A DNA stretch of 64,000 nt, taken from NCBI GenBank assembly GCA_948777935.1, contig CAQDYY010000004.1, positions 21,264 through 85,263 of the forward strand, in the 5' to 3' direction. Below are positions 29,960 to 40,763 of this stretch, piece after piece. The stretch comes from an uncultured Clostridia bacterium. Its GTDB lineage: Bacteria > Bacillota > Clostridia > TANB77 > CAG-508. The notes under the pieces were generated by a model. The model saw nothing but the letters and a program-made list of their open reading frames with translations, did no database searches and had not been told where the DNA came from. Position 1 is the stretch's first letter. Each line of letters begins with the position of its first letter. The position numbers and the translations under genes are program-made.

Positions 29960-30805
29960 CTATTTTACCAAAGTACTAGGGTCTATATTTTCTCCATTTT
30001 TTGTAATTTCAAAATGTAAATGTGCAGTATCTGCTATTTCAAATGCAGCACTATTTCCTACTGTACCTATACTTTGACCTTGTTTTACTTCTTCTCCTAC
30101 TGTTACAAACTCTGTAGATAAAAGATTTGAATATAATGTTTCATATCCATCTTGATGTTCAATTATAATAGATAAGCCATATCTTGGGTCATTTTTAATT
30201 GACTTTACTTTTCCTGTAGCTGATGCTTTTACAACTGTAGTTTTATCTGCTTTTATGTCCCATCCTAAATGGGTAGTCCACTCCTCTAGTGTTTCTGAAT
30301 AAACTAAATTATCTTTTGCATAGTTTTTAATAATTTCTCCATCTACTGGTTTTGCAAAACCAAAAACTTCTGGTTTTGATTCTTCTTTTTTGGTTTCTAC
30401 TTTTTTATTCTCTTCTTTCTTAGTTTCTTCTTTTTTAGTATTATTTTGTGTTTTTGTTGTTTCCTCTTTTTTAGTTGTATTTTCTATATTAGTATTAGTA
30501 GCTTTTGTGGTTGTATTACTTATTGTATTTTGTGTACTCTTTGAAATAGTATTTTGTATTTCATTTTTTGATTGTTCTACTGTTTTTCCCATTTCAGTGC
30601 TTACCTCTGCACTGTCAGCAGTACTCTCTCTAACTAAACTTGCAATTTTTTGGCTATCAATACTTGCTTGTTTATCCATTTTATTTCCATATACTACAAA
30701 AGTGATAGCAAAAGCGATTAATCCAATTAATACTACGCTACCTCCAATATAAAATAAATTATGATTTTTTTCTTTTCTTTCTCTTCTCCTTGCATCTCTT
30801 CTCAT
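29960..30805 (-). CDS. membrane-anchored M23 (LytM) peptidase, SpoIIQ-like
   Basis: N-terminal TM, K/E/T-rich linker, C-terminal M23 domain 'GYETLYSNL…GNSAAFEIADTAHLHFEI'; adjacent to spoIID as in C. difficile spoIIQ-spoIID. Confidence 0.65.
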   Translation of the reverse strand: MRRDARRRERKEKNHNLFYIGGSVVLIGLIAFAITFVVYGNKMDKQASIDSQKIASLVRESTADSAEVSTEMGKTVEQSKNEIQNTISKSTQNTISNTTTKATNTNIENTTKKEETTKTQNNTKKEETKKEENKKVETKKEESKPEVFGFAKPVDGEIIKNYAKDNLVYSETLEEWTTHLGWDIKADKTTVVKASATGKVKSIKNDPRYGLSIIIEHQDGYETLYSNLLSTEFVTVGEEVKQGQSIGTVGNSAAFEIADTAHLHFEITKNGENIDPSTLVK

Positions 30806-30907
30806 TTTAATTCCTCCTAAACTAAACTTAATTTAGTTAAAGTATTTCCTTTGTTAGAAGATTTATACAATTTATTTTAATTTTTTATTACTACATCTTC
30901 TTTATTT

Positions 30908-31922
30908 CTACATGTCTATAATTTCCACACCTGTATAAAAATGTTTTATAATTTCTTCATAGTTTTTTCCTTGCTTTGCTAAAGAATCTGCACCAGTTTG
31001 GCTCATACCAACACCATGCCCATAACCTTTTACTTCAAATTTTATATTATCTCCTTCTATTGTATACGAAAAATCTGTAGAACGAAGCCCTAATATAGTT
31101 CTTACTTCTACACCTGCAAGCTCTAAATTGCCCACTTTTAAAGTTTTAACACGATTACTATCTGTCATTTCCTTTATTTTAATTGCATCTTCTTTTGTAA
31201 AATCAATTTCTAAATCTGCATGCTTTTCCTTTATTTTACTTACAAACTCATCTTTAGAAAGAGTAAGTTCTGAATAATATTGGCTATATGCATCTTCACC
31301 GTGATGTTTCTACTGCTACTAAGTATGGGTAACTTCCTCCCCATACATTAACAGGTATTTCTGTTTTTCCTCCACTATTAGAATGAAAAAATGCGTTAAT
31401 TGGCTTTCCTTCATATGTAATAATTTTTCCTTTAGTAGAGTACACTGCTTGCTCTATCTTCTTCCAGTTTTCCTCTCTTAAGTTTTCTTCCCATCTTGCT
31501 AATCTATCTTCTTTTGAAACCCATGCTTGGCAACAACTGCTATCATCACAAATATTTGCATTTTCATGTTTTGGGCTTCCTGTTATTTTATAAATCGTAT
31601 AAGTTCTTGCCACTACTGATTGCGCCTTTAATGCTTCTATTTCAAATGTAACTGGCATTTCAGCTGATACTACATGGCATAAATACTCATCTAAATTTAC
31701 CTCTTCTACTTGTCCTGTTTTTGCATGTAATAATTTTATTGTTTGGTAATCTCCGTAATTATATGAAATATCTTGTATTTCGTTTTGTACACTATTTTGT
31801 ATATTATTTTGGATTTCTTCTTCCGTACTTGTTTGTTTTATCTCAAAACTCTTTGTAAAAAGTATTGGAATTAGAAAAATAAACTGAACAAAAAGAATAA
31901 TTGCAATAACAACTTTTTTCAT
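30908..31922 (-). pseudogene. spoIID: stage II sporulation protein D (SpoIID), split by a 1-nt insertion near 31263
   Basis: 'VVARTYTIYK…ICDDSSCCQAW…AFFHSNSGGKTE' SpoIID/LytB domain; …VAVETS continues as GEDAYSQYYSE… in the +1 frame (tcaCggtg vs tcaggtg). Confidence 0.85.
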
Positions 31923-31934
31923 GTTTTGTCCTTT

Positions 31935-32652
31935 CTAACAAGTTAGTTTTAGTTTCATAGAATTTAAAATTTTCTTTTCAATCCTAGATACCTGTACTTG
32001 TGTTATTCCTAAAACTTTTGCTACTTCTGATTGTGTTTTGTCTTTATAAAATCTTAATAAAATGATTTGTTTTTCTCTATCATCTAAATTTTCTATCAAT
32101 TGTTTTAAAGCAATTTTGTCTACAATATTATTTGATTCGTCTTTTGCACATGGTATTTTATCTATAACATTTCTACTATCATCTGAAGAATTCTCTTCAT
32201 ATATAGAAGAAACTGGTTTTAGTGAGTCCATTGCATATGTTATTTCTTCTTTTGGCATTTTTAATGTGTTTGAAATTTCTAAAATTGAAATTTCTTCCCC
32301 TGTTTTTGCCAAATATTGTTTTTGTAATTCTAGTATCTTAATAGCCAATTCTTTTGTGGATCTACTTACTTTTATCATTCCATCATCTCTTATATATCTT
32401 TTTATTTCTCCTAATATATATGGTACTGCATATGTTGAAACTTGTACTTCAAAACTTGTGTCAAATCGCTTCATTGCTTTAATAAAGCCCATACATCCTA
32501 TTTGGTATAAGTCATCTGTTTCATAACCTCTACCAGTAAAACGTTTTACAATGTTCCATATTAGTCCCTTGTTGTTTTCAACAAGTCTTCCCATTGCATC
32601 ATTGTCTCCGTGCCTGAGCTTTTTTAATGTCTAATAAACTATTTTCGTACAT
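31935..32652 (-). CDS. sigF: sporulation sigma factor SigF; N-terminal ~20 codons in a different frame (1-nt insertion)
   Basis: 'YETDDLYQIGCMGFIKAMKRFD…' sigma-70 regions 2-4; MYENSLLDIKKAQ then frameshift (cagGcac) into HGDNDAMGRLVENN…. Confidence 0.9.
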
Positions 32653-32668
32653 GCTAAAGCACCCTTTC

Positions 32669-33151
32669 TTATATTCTAAATGAACTAAATATTTTTCCTT
32701 CGTTATCTTCTTTTTTATCTTTTTTTTGGATTACTTTTTTCATGGTTACCTTTGTTCCAAGTTCTAAAATAGATTCCACTTCTAAATCATCCATAAAGCT
32801 TTCCATAATAGTAAATCCCATTCCAGATCTCTCTAGATCTGGTTTTGTTGTATATAATGGTTCTTTTGCCATATCTACATTTTCAATTCCTTTTCCTTTA
32901 TCTGATATTTCTATTACAATAGTATTTGCAAATATTTTGCATATAATCTCAATTGTTCCTTCTTTATCTTCATAACCATGAATTATTGAATTTGTTACTG
33001 CCTCAGATACTGCTGTTTTTATATCTGCTAGTTCTTCCACCGTTGGATCTAATTGTGAAGCAAATGCTGCTACACTAATACGTGCAAAAGCTTCATTATT
33101 AGATTTGCTTAGGAATTCTAATCTCATTTCATTATCATATAAACTTTTCAT
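32669..33151 (-). CDS. spoIIAB: anti-sigma F factor (serine kinase)
   Basis: GHKL ATPase motifs '[11 protein letters not shown]' and 'DKGKGI…SGMGFTIM'. Confidence 0.9.
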   Translation of the reverse strand: MKSLYDNEMRLEFLSKSNNEAFARISVAAFASQLDPTVEELADIKTAVSEAVTNSIIHGYEDKEGTIEIICKIFANTIVIEISDKGKGIENVDMAKEPLYTTKPDLERSGMGFTIMESFMDDLEVESILELGTKVTMKKVIQKKDKKEDNEGKIFSSFRI

Positions 33152-33167
33152 TACTTACATTTTCCTC

Positions 33168-33491
33168 CTACCCAATTTTACTTTCTTCTCTAATTGGTAT
33201 AATTTTTAAAACACCACTCATTTCAAATATTTTTTTAACGCTTGTCCCTACATTTATAAGTTCTGCACCTCCACCTAACATTTTTATCATTTTGTATCTT
33301 CCAATTAACATTCCAATTCCTGCACTGTCCATAAAAGTAACTTGATTAAAATCAAACACAATTTTTCTTGGCATATATTTAGTAATTTCATTATCCATTT
33401 TCCTCCTCATTTTTTCTGTAGTATGATGGTCAATTTCTTCTGTTATTTTAAATATCAATTGCTTGTCCTTTTCATTATAATTTGCTTCCAC
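33168..33491 (-). CDS. spoIIAA: anti-sigma F factor antagonist (STAS domain)
   Basis: 'VTFMDSAGIGMLIGRYKM' STAS motif. Confidence 0.9.
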   Translation of the reverse strand: MEANYNEKDKQLIFKITEEIDHHTTEKMRRKMDNEITKYMPRKIVFDFNQVTFMDSAGIGMLIGRYKMIKMLGGGAELINVGTSVKKIFEMSGVLKIIPIREESKIG

Positions 33492-33741
33492 GTTTTTTCC
33501 TCCTCTTTTTTCAAATCTTGTTTATCATTATATATTATATGGTAATATTTTCCAATAGCAAATTTTAAGAAGTTTTAGCGATTTATGAGAACTTTTCGAC
33601 GGCGTTTTTAGACAAAAAAATATTGGTGAATATTCACCAATATTTTTTTGTCTAATAGAAAATCACTCAGTTTTAAGTTAAAGATGTAGGGGCGAGCATT
33701 GCTCGTCCGTGTGGCAAAACCTCTTTTGTTCAATTTTAATT

Positions 33742-34491
33742 TTATTTCTTGTTCTTCTCTACAACAATATCACCAAAGATTTCCTCTTGTGTAGCATGTA
33801 CTTTATCTCGTCTTTCTAATTCCAGTAATCCCGTAAATGCTGTTACAACTTCTTCTTTATTACATTTTGATAGAGAATATAACCTATTAAAAACAAATCG
33901 TGGTTTTTTTACTAATTCTCTAAACATTTCTTTTACTTTACTTGCAACTGTATATGTATCTGTTATTGCAATTTTTTTAATATTATCTGCATGTTGATTT
34001 AATCTACTCTTGTTTCTATTTATTAATTTCAAATATATTTCTTCTAGTACTTCTTTTTTATATTCTTTTTCTAATTGTTGTTTTGGTAATTTTATCTCTT
34101 CTTCTAATTTAAACAATCTACCAGAAAATTCATTATAGTTTTCTCTTAATTTATTTGTAATTTCTTTATATTTCTTGTATTCTATAATTCTTTCAATTAA
34201 TTGCTCTTCTGTAAGTTCTTCTTCTGGTTCTTCTTGCTTTGGTAGAAGCCCTTTTGATTTTATATATAAAAGTGTAGATGCCATAATTAAAAATTCACTT
34301 GTTATTTCTAAATTCATTTCTTCTGCTGCATTTATATATTCTATATATTGGTCTGCTATTTCAGAAATTCTAATATCATATATATTCATTTTGTTTTTAT
34401 CAATTAAATGACATAGTAAATCAAGTGGTCCTTCAAAATTATCTATTTTAATTGCATATTGCTTTGTTTGCATTGTTAATATGTTTTGCAT
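33742..34491 (-). CDS. scpA: segregation and condensation protein A
   Basis: 'IDNFEGPLDLLCHLIDKNKMNIYDIRISEIADQY' ScpA N-terminal signature. Confidence 0.85.
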   Translation of the reverse strand: MQNILTMQTKQYAIKIDNFEGPLDLLCHLIDKNKMNIYDIRISEIADQYIEYINAAEEMNLEITSEFLIMASTLLYIKSKGLLPKQEEPEEELTEEQLIERIIEYKKYKEITNKLRENYNEFSGRLFKLEEEIKLPKQQLEKEYKKEVLEEIYLKLINRNKSRLNQHADNIKKIAITDTYTVASKVKEMFRELVKKPRFVFNRLYSLSKCNKEEVVTAFTGLLELERRDKVHATQEEIFGDIVVEKNKK

Positions 34492-34928
34492 TCTAATACT
34501 TCCTTTATTGTTTCTTCTTTATATCCTTTTTTTGCAAGATATATAGCTATTTCATCATTTTCCATTGTGGTTTTCTTTTTAATAAAAATATTCCTTGCTG
34601 ATTTTCTTTCGTAATCTTGCAGTTCTTCTTTATGTTCATAAAAATAATCTTCTATTTTATCTTTTCCTACACCCTTTGTATAAAGTTTGTATTTTATTTC
34701 TTTTATAGAAAGATTTTTTAAAGACATAAATTCTAAAACTGCTCTTTTTATATAGTCACTATCATCTAAATATCCTGCTTCTTTTACATAGTCTATAATA
34801 TCACACAAGATATCACTTTGTATAGTATTTTGAAATTTATTTTTTACTTCTCTTTCTGTTCTCTTTTTATACATAATATAATTCATAACCTTTGACTTTT
34901 CTTTATCAAATTCTTCTACTGTGTACAT
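34476..34928 (-). CDS. recX: recombination regulator RecX
   Basis: 150-aa helical-repeat protein immediately downstream of recA. Confidence 0.7.
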   Translation of the reverse strand: MYTVEEFDKEKSKVMNYIMYKKRTEREVKNKFQNTIQSDILCDIIDYVKEAGYLDDSDYIKRAVLEFMSLKNLSIKEIKYKLYTKGVGKDKIEDYFYEHKEELQDYERKSARNIFIKKKTTMENDEIAIYLAKKGYKEETIKEVLECKTY

Positions 34929-34980
34929 ATTACCTCCATATTTATCTTAAAGCGAAGACTTTTGTCTTCGCTTTATTTTC

Positions 34981-36021
34981 CTATTCTTCTTCGTCACTAG
35001 ATAATTCTTCTTCACCTAAACTTTTTTCAAAAGCTTTCGCAAAGTTATCTCTTATTTTTTGTTCTACTTCTGCCATTACTTCTGGATTATCTAATAGGTA
35101 TTGTTTTACATTTTCTCTACCTTGTCCAATTCTGTTTCCATTATAACTAAACCATGAACCACTTTTTTCGATAATATCTAAGTTAACACCCATATCTAAT
35201 ATGTTTCCTTCTTTAGATATACCTTTTCCATATACTATATCAAATTCAGCTTCTCTAAATGGTGGAGCTACTTTATTTTTTACAACTTTTACCCTTGCTC
35301 TACTTCCAACAACTTCTCCATCTTGCTTAATATTTTCTGTTTTTCTAATGTCCATACGAACAGATGCATAGAATTTTAAAGCTCTTCCTCCTGTTGTTGT
35401 TTCTGGATTTCCAAACATAACTCCAATTTTTTCTCTTAATTGATTTATAAATATTAGTACTGTTTTTGATTTATTAATTGCTCCTGCTAATTTTCGTAAT
35501 GCTTGTGACATAAGCCTTGCTTGTAATCCCATATGAGAATCTCCCATATCGCCATCTATTTCTGCTTTTGGAACTAATGCTGCAACAGAGTCTACAACAA
35601 TAACATCTAACGCTCCACTTCTTATTAAGTTTTCAGTAATTTCTAGTGCCTGTTCTCCTGTATCTGGTTGTGATACTATTAAGTTATCTATATCTACTCC
35701 TAAATGTTTTGCATAAACTGGGTCTAATGCATGTTCTGCATCTATAAATGCTGCTTCTCCTCCTGCTTTTTGTGCTTCTGCTACTACATGTAAAGCAAGA
35801 GTAGTTTTTCCTGAAGATTCTGGCCCATAAATTTCAATAATTCTTCCACGTGGTACTCCACCTATTCCTAATGCAATATCTAATCCTAATGCACCTGTTG
35901 GAATTGCTTCTATATTCATAGCTTGAAACTCTCCTAGTTTCATAACAGATCCTTTTCCAAATTGTTTTTCAATTTGTGACATTGCTGCTTCTAATGCTTT
36001 TTTCTTTTCTGAATTTTCCAT
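34981..36021 (-). CDS. recA: recombinase A
   Basis: '[13 protein letters not shown]' Walker A and full RecA core. Confidence 0.97.
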   Translation of the reverse strand: MENSEKKKALEAAMSQIEKQFGKGSVMKLGEFQAMNIEAIPTGALGLDIALGIGGVPRGRIIEIYGPESSGKTTLALHVVAEAQKAGGEAAFIDAEHALDPVYAKHLGVDIDNLIVSQPDTGEQALEITENLIRSGALDVIVVDSVAALVPKAEIDGDMGDSHMGLQARLMSQALRKLAGAINKSKTVLIFINQLREKIGVMFGNPETTTGGRALKFYASVRMDIRKTENIKQDGEVVGSRARVKVVKNKVAPPFREAEFDIVYGKGISKEGNILDMGVNLDIIEKSGSWFSYNGNRIGQGRENVKQYLLDNPEVMAEVEQKIRDNFAKAFEKSLGEEELSSDEEE

Positions 36022-36126
36022 TTTCTTTTTTTCCTCCTTTAATTTATAAAACGTTTGTTTGTAAATGTATTATCACATTACTTTTTTCATTTGTCAATAC
36101 TTTTTTTAAAAATTTTTTACTGCCTA

Positions 36127-36380
36127 TAATTATTTAATGCTTTTTGAAAACATTTCTATATGATTAATTTTGTAAGAACCCTCCGTCACCCTTCGGGTGC
36201 TAGCCACTGCATAAGATATCTGTAATGCTCACTAACGTTCGCTAACAGCTATCTTAACCTCCCTTAGATAAAGGAGGCTTTTCTCTACTTTTCAAAATTA
36301 ACTATACAAGTTTAAAATTATAGAGTAATGGCCCCTTTACTTAAGGGGGCTGTCGCGTTAGCGACTGGGGGTTCTAATAT
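36127..36380 (+). repeat. R2 family structured repeat, copy 2
   Basis: aligns end-to-end with 16707-16967; hairpin CACCCTTCGGGTG replaces CAGTGCTTCGCACTG (compensatory). Confidence 0.7.
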
Positions 36381-36406
36381 TCATAATTTGAACAATAATT
36401 ATTTAA

Positions 36407-38005
36407 TTACTGCCTATACCAAGTACCAATTCCTTCATATACATTATAGCTATTTGGATTCAATTCCCCTATTAAATTAGGACTATATACTAATGTATTT
36501 TTACTATAATATAAAAACACATATGGCATTTCCTCTTCGTAAATTTGAACTATTCTACTATATTTTTCTCTTAAAACTTTTTCATCTTGTATATTTTTAA
36601 CATCATTTATTAAGCTTCTCATTTCTTCATTATTAAAATTAGCTATATTATTTTCACCAAAATATGGAGATAAATCCGGACTAATCCCACTGTATACACC
36701 TGTTAAAATCATATCATAATTCTTATTTTGTAGATAATTTTGATACTGGCTATCAGATACTTTCCTTATATTAATTTCAATTCCAAATTCTGATAATGTC
36801 TGTTTAATATTTTCTGCTACTTGCACTCTTGCTTCATTACTACTATTTACAACTAAATCAAATCTTAACTTTTGAGTTCTGTAATCTTTAACTCTTTGCC
36901 ATATCTTTTTATTATACATCCAACCTGCTTGTCCTAAAATACTTCTTGCTTTTTCCTCATTTGTTTCATAGATTACTTTTTTATCTTCATATAAGTAACT
37001 ACCAAATTCTAATGGAAAATTAGCTTTATAATATGCTCCTTTATAAATTCCAGCTACTATATTTTCTTTATTGATTAAATATGAAATAGCCTTTCTTACT
37101 TCCACATTTGATAAAATATTTTCTTCACAATTAAAAGCAATATAATCCAAATTTCTACCATAATATTCTTTTTTATAATATCCAATTGTTCCAATATAGT
37201 CTTCTAGCTCTGTAGTTTTAGTAGTAAGTAAATCTATATTCCCTGTTTTAAATGAGTTATAAACTTCTCCCATAGATTGATATTTAATCAATTCTATTTC
37301 TTCTAATTTCGTTTCTTCTACTTCATATTTCCACCAATTATCATTTTTCTTTAATGTGATTTTTGCACTATTTTCTAATACTTTGAATCTTCCAGTTCCT
37401 ACTGGCTTGTTGTTCTTTTCAGTATTTACAAAATCTTCATTTTCATAATAGTAATGTGACATAATTGGAAAAGTTAAATTGTATTCAAAAAATGGTACTT
37501 CCTCGTTTAAATTAATTTTAATTGTATTTTTGTCTATTACTTCAACACTAATTACTTTTTCTACATTATAAGCATAAATAGAATTTGCTCCTATTTCTTT
37601 TAATCTATCTATTGTAAATTGAACATCTTTTGCAACTAGTTCGTTTCCATCATGCCATTTTACGTTTTCTTTTAATTTTATAACATATGATGTATTACTT
37701 TGTTTAGTCCACTCTTTTGCAAGGCACATTGCTATTTTATTGTCACTTGTTATATCTAGTAATGGCTCATATATAAGCCTTGAAATATCTTGTATATTTT
37801 GATTTTTACTTAAAATTGGATTTATCGTATCAAAAGATATAATTGGTGCCCTAATATTTGTAATTATTTTTGTTTCTTCCTCAATTTCCTCAATTACAGA
37901 TTTATTTGGTTCTTCATTTTTTTGCCCATAAATTAAATAACTTGCGCAGCCAATTAAGACTACTACAATTATAATAAATATATATTTTATAATATTAGAT
38001 TTCAA
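36407..38005 (-). CDS. ABC transporter substrate-binding protein, family 5 (peptide/nickel type)
   Basis: N-terminal signal/TM anchor; SBP_bac_5-like sequence. Confidence 0.75.
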   Translation of the reverse strand: MKSNIIKYIFIIIVVVLIGCASYLIYGQKNEEPNKSVIEEIEEETKIITNIRAPIISFDTINPILSKNQNIQDISRLIYEPLLDITSDNKIAMCLAKEWTKQSNTSYVIKLKENVKWHDGNELVAKDVQFTIDRLKEIGANSIYAYNVEKVISVEVIDKNTIKINLNEEVPFFEYNLTFPIMSHYYYENEDFVNTEKNNKPVGTGRFKVLENSAKITLKKNDNWWKYEVEETKLEEIELIKYQSMGEVYNSFKTGNIDLLTTKTTELEDYIGTIGYYKKEYYGRNLDYIAFNCEENILSNVEVRKAISYLINKENIVAGIYKGAYYKANFPLEFGSYLYEDKKVIYETNEEKARSILGQAGWMYNKKIWQRVKDYRTQKLRFDLVVNSSNEARVQVAENIKQTLSEFGIEINIRKVSDSQYQNYLQNKNYDMILTGVYSGISPDLSPYFGENNIANFNNEEMRSLINDVKNIQDEKVLREKYSRIVQIYEEEMPYVFLYYSKNTLVYSPNLIGELNPNSYNVYEGIGTWYRQ

Positions 38006-38944
38006 TTAGTTTTCCTCCATTGTTAATTTTTCTAGTTCCTCTTTGGTCAGTTCTGTAATTTCTATAATTTTTTCTAATTCTATATTCATTTTAAGCAGCT
38101 TTTTTGCTACTTCTACTTTTGCCTCTTTTATACCTTCTTCTCTACCTTCTTCTCTACCTTCTTTTCTTCCTTCTTTTCTTCCTTCTTTTCTTCCTTCTTT
38201 TCTTCCTTCCTCTCTACCCTCTTCTCTTCCAACTACTCTTGCTGCATATTTAGCTTGGTTTTCATCTAATATTGCTTTTCTTCTTAATTCAACAAGTCTC
38301 ATTAATTCTTCGTCACTACTAATCTCTTCTAATTTTTCCATAGCCTCTTGTATTTCTTTATTTGTCTTCATAATTTCAGATACCTCCTTTTGATTTGGAT
38401 TATCTAAAAATGTAATCCAATCTATTAATGCATTTTTACTTCCTTTTGCTTTCATTTCTCTTACTTTTGGTATCTCTATTATATGTATTTCTAATACATC
38501 TGTCAACTTTATATTGTTATTATCTTCTCTTATATGCCAAATTGTATGTGCTTCTTCTATATCCATTAATTTTTTTAGGTTATAATCTAATATTGCTATT
38601 GATATTGTTTGATTTAAATCTTTATATTTATCTCCTACTAACATCTGTTGAGAATATGCTTTACCATTATAATACAATATCCTTTTTTCAATATCTTTAT
38701 TATCTGATAACTGAACTTCAATATTACATATTACTCCATCATCTAGTATCGCAATTAAGTCGAGTATTCCCATTTTATCTTTTGCATATTCTCTTAATAA
38801 ATTTTTATTTTTATCTAATTCTATCTTTTGTATATTTTTTCCTATAATCTCTGATATAAATGCTTTTGTTATTGTTTCATTTCCTTTTCTAAATAGTGCT
38901 TGAAATACAATGTCCATTTTAGGTGGTAATAATTCTTTTTCCAT
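38006..38944 (-). CDS. Rpn/YhgA-like PD-(D/E)XK nuclease (second paralog) with internal (GREE/GRKE)n low-complexity repeat
   Basis: 'ILDLIAILDDGVICNIEVQ' core; C-terminal YhgA-like helices; repeat GREEGREEGRKEGRKEGRKEGRKEGREEGREEG. Confidence 0.75.
   Translation of the reverse strand: MEKELLPPKMDIVFQALFRKGNETITKAFISEIIGKNIQKIELDKNKNLLREYAKDKMGILDLIAILDDGVICNIEVQLSDNKDIEKRILYYNGKAYSQQMLVGDKYKDLNQTISIAILDYNLKKLMDIEEAHTIWHIREDNNNIKLTDVLEIHIIEIPKVREMKAKGSKNALIDWITFLDNPNQKEVSEIMKTNKEIQEAMEKLEEISSDEELMRLVELRRKAILDENQAKYAARVVGREEGREEGRKEGRKEGRKEGRKEGREEGREEGIKEAKVEVAKKLLKMNIELEKIIEITELTKEELEKLTMEEN
38140..38235. repeat. perfect 12-bp tandem repeat (ccttcttttctt x4, flanked by degenerate copies) inside the Rpn gene
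   Basis: repeat unit = 4 codons (GRKE); in-frame length variation possible. Confidence 0.8.
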
Positions 38945-39098
38945 ACTTTATCTTCTCCTTTTATTTTTAAATTTTAAGCTACATATATTTCTTTTTTACA
39001 CCTCCTTTTTTACCCCCTAGATATGCATATACAAAAAAGAGGAAATACGTCTTAATAAAAGCCCCATATTTCCCCCATAAAAATATATCTTTTTGTTC

Positions 39099-39362
39099 TT
39101 AGTCTCTAGATTCTACCACAATTCGAATTCCAGTTCTGTCTTCCCCCTCAACTTCAACCTCTGCGAATGCTGGTACACAAACAAGGTCTACTCCTGTTGG
39201 TGCTACAAATCCTCTTGCAATTGCTACCGCCTTAATTGCTTGGTTTAATGCTCCTGCTCCAATTGCTTGCATTTCTGCTCTTTCATTTTCTTTTACCAAA
39301 CCAGCAATTGCTCCTGCTACTGAATTTGGGTTTGATTTTGATGAAATTTTTAAAACTTCCAT
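39099..39362 (-). CDS. spoVS: stage V sporulation protein S
   Basis: 'MEVLKISSKSNPNSVAGAIAG…' highly conserved SpoVS. Confidence 0.92.
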   Translation of the reverse strand: MEVLKISSKSNPNSVAGAIAGLVKENERAEMQAIGAGALNQAIKAVAIARGFVAPTGVDLVCVPAFAEVEVEGEDRTGIRIVVESRD

Positions 39363-39490
39363 TTTTTCTGCCTCCTAAAATTTAATTTTTGTTTCATTTT
39401 TTTAACAATTATATTTATATTATATTTTAGAATTGTTGTCTAGTAGTTTTTGGTAAAAAAAGGAATTTTTCATCGTCATTTTTAGCCATT

Positions 39491-40273
39491 TTACTGCATT
39501 TTTAGCCTTTTTATATTAGTAATTCGACAATTTTCGTCATCTACTTCAAAAATACAACCACAAAAGCCACATTTACCATCTGCTAATTTGTATCTTTCTG
39601 GTAAACTTGTTTCAAATCGTTTTAGTGATGCACCTACTTCCATTCCAATAACTGATTTTATAGGTCCTGTCATACCTATATCTGTAATATATCCTGTTCC
39701 ATTTTCTAAAATAGTTTCATCTGCTGTTTGAACATGTGTATGTGTTCCAAATACAGCACTTACTTTTCCATCCAAATAGTATCCCATTGCTATTTTTTCT
39801 GCACTTGCTTCTGCATGAAAATCTACCACAATAATATTTGCTTTTTTATCTATTTCTTCTAAAATATGTTTTACTTTGGTAAAAGGGTTTTCTGATAGCA
39901 CATTCATTTCTGTTCTTCCTATTAAATTAATAACAGCAACTTTCTTATTTTTACATTCTACTATTACATATCCCTTTCCTAAAACACCTTCTGTATAGTT
40001 GGCTGGTCTTATTAACCTTTCTTCTTCATTTATAAAAGTAAATACATCTTTTTTAGCCCATGTATGGTTACCAAGAGTTACAACATCTACTCCCATTTCT
40101 ATCATTTGCTTATAATGCTTATGTGTAATTCCCATTCCATCTGCAACATTTTCTCCATTCATAATAACAAAATCTATATTTTCTTGTTTCTTTAATTCTG
40201 GTAATACCTCTTTAGCTTTTTTTAATCCATTTTCTCCAACAATATCTCCTACTGCTAAAATTCTCATTCTCAT
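39491..40273 (-). CDS. ymdB: TIGR00282-family metallophosphoesterase (YmdB-like 2',3'-cyclic nucleotide phosphodiesterase)
   Basis: 'MRILAVGDIVG' and 'GNHTW' metallophosphatase motifs; conserved rny-ymdB-spoVS synteny. Confidence 0.85.
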   Translation of the reverse strand: MRMRILAVGDIVGENGLKKAKEVLPELKKQENIDFVIMNGENVADGMGITHKHYKQMIEMGVDVVTLGNHTWAKKDVFTFINEEERLIRPANYTEGVLGKGYVIVECKNKKVAVINLIGRTEMNVLSENPFTKVKHILEEIDKKANIIVVDFHAEASAEKIAMGYYLDGKVSAVFGTHTHVQTADETILENGTGYITDIGMTGPIKSVIGMEVGASLKRFETSLPERYKLADGKCGFCGCIFEVDDENCRITNIKRLKMQ

Positions 40274-40421
40274 CTTCCTTTCTTTTCGCATGTTTATATT
40301 ATACACTATAATTAACTAAAGTAAAATATTTTTTATTTTAAAACTGTAAAATTTGATTTATGTTAATTTAAATGTTATAATATTATTATGAAACTGTAAA
40401 CAAGCAAAAAGGAGGCAACAC

Positions 40422-40697
40422 ATGAACAATACAAAAGTTTTTATCAATTCAATTTTTATTTCTGGTAAAATTGATACCAGCGATGTGCGGGAATATGTAA
40501 AAATGCACGAAATAAAACAAAACTCATTCATTACTTTGAACAATACTGGCGAATTAATGGTAGTTCCGCCAACACGGCTTCAGCAAAATTTAACAATTGC
40601 AGACTCATTATTTCACAATTTTGTTGAGCAAAAAATTATGGCTGGTTTCGTTTATGGTTTTTTAGAAAGCTTTAAAGAACAATTGAATATTGATTAA
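40422..40697 (+). CDS. hypothetical protein (91 aa)
   Basis: strong RBS AAAAGGAGG 8 nt upstream of ATG; followed by terminator. Confidence 0.5.
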   Translation: MNNTKVFINSIFISGKIDTSDVREYVKMHEIKQNSFITLNNTGELMVVPPTRLQQNLTIADSLFHNFVEQKIMAGFVYGFLESFKEQLNID

Positions 40698-40716
40698 CTT
40701 TTTGCAAGCACAAAAT

Positions 40717-40763
40717 AGACGAGAGAACAAATGATTTTTATTTGCTCCCTCGTCTGTTTTTAT
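40717..40763. terminator. bidirectional terminator between the 40422 ORF and rny
   Basis: GACGAGAG…CTCCCTCGTC stem followed by TGTTTTTATTT. Confidence 0.5.
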
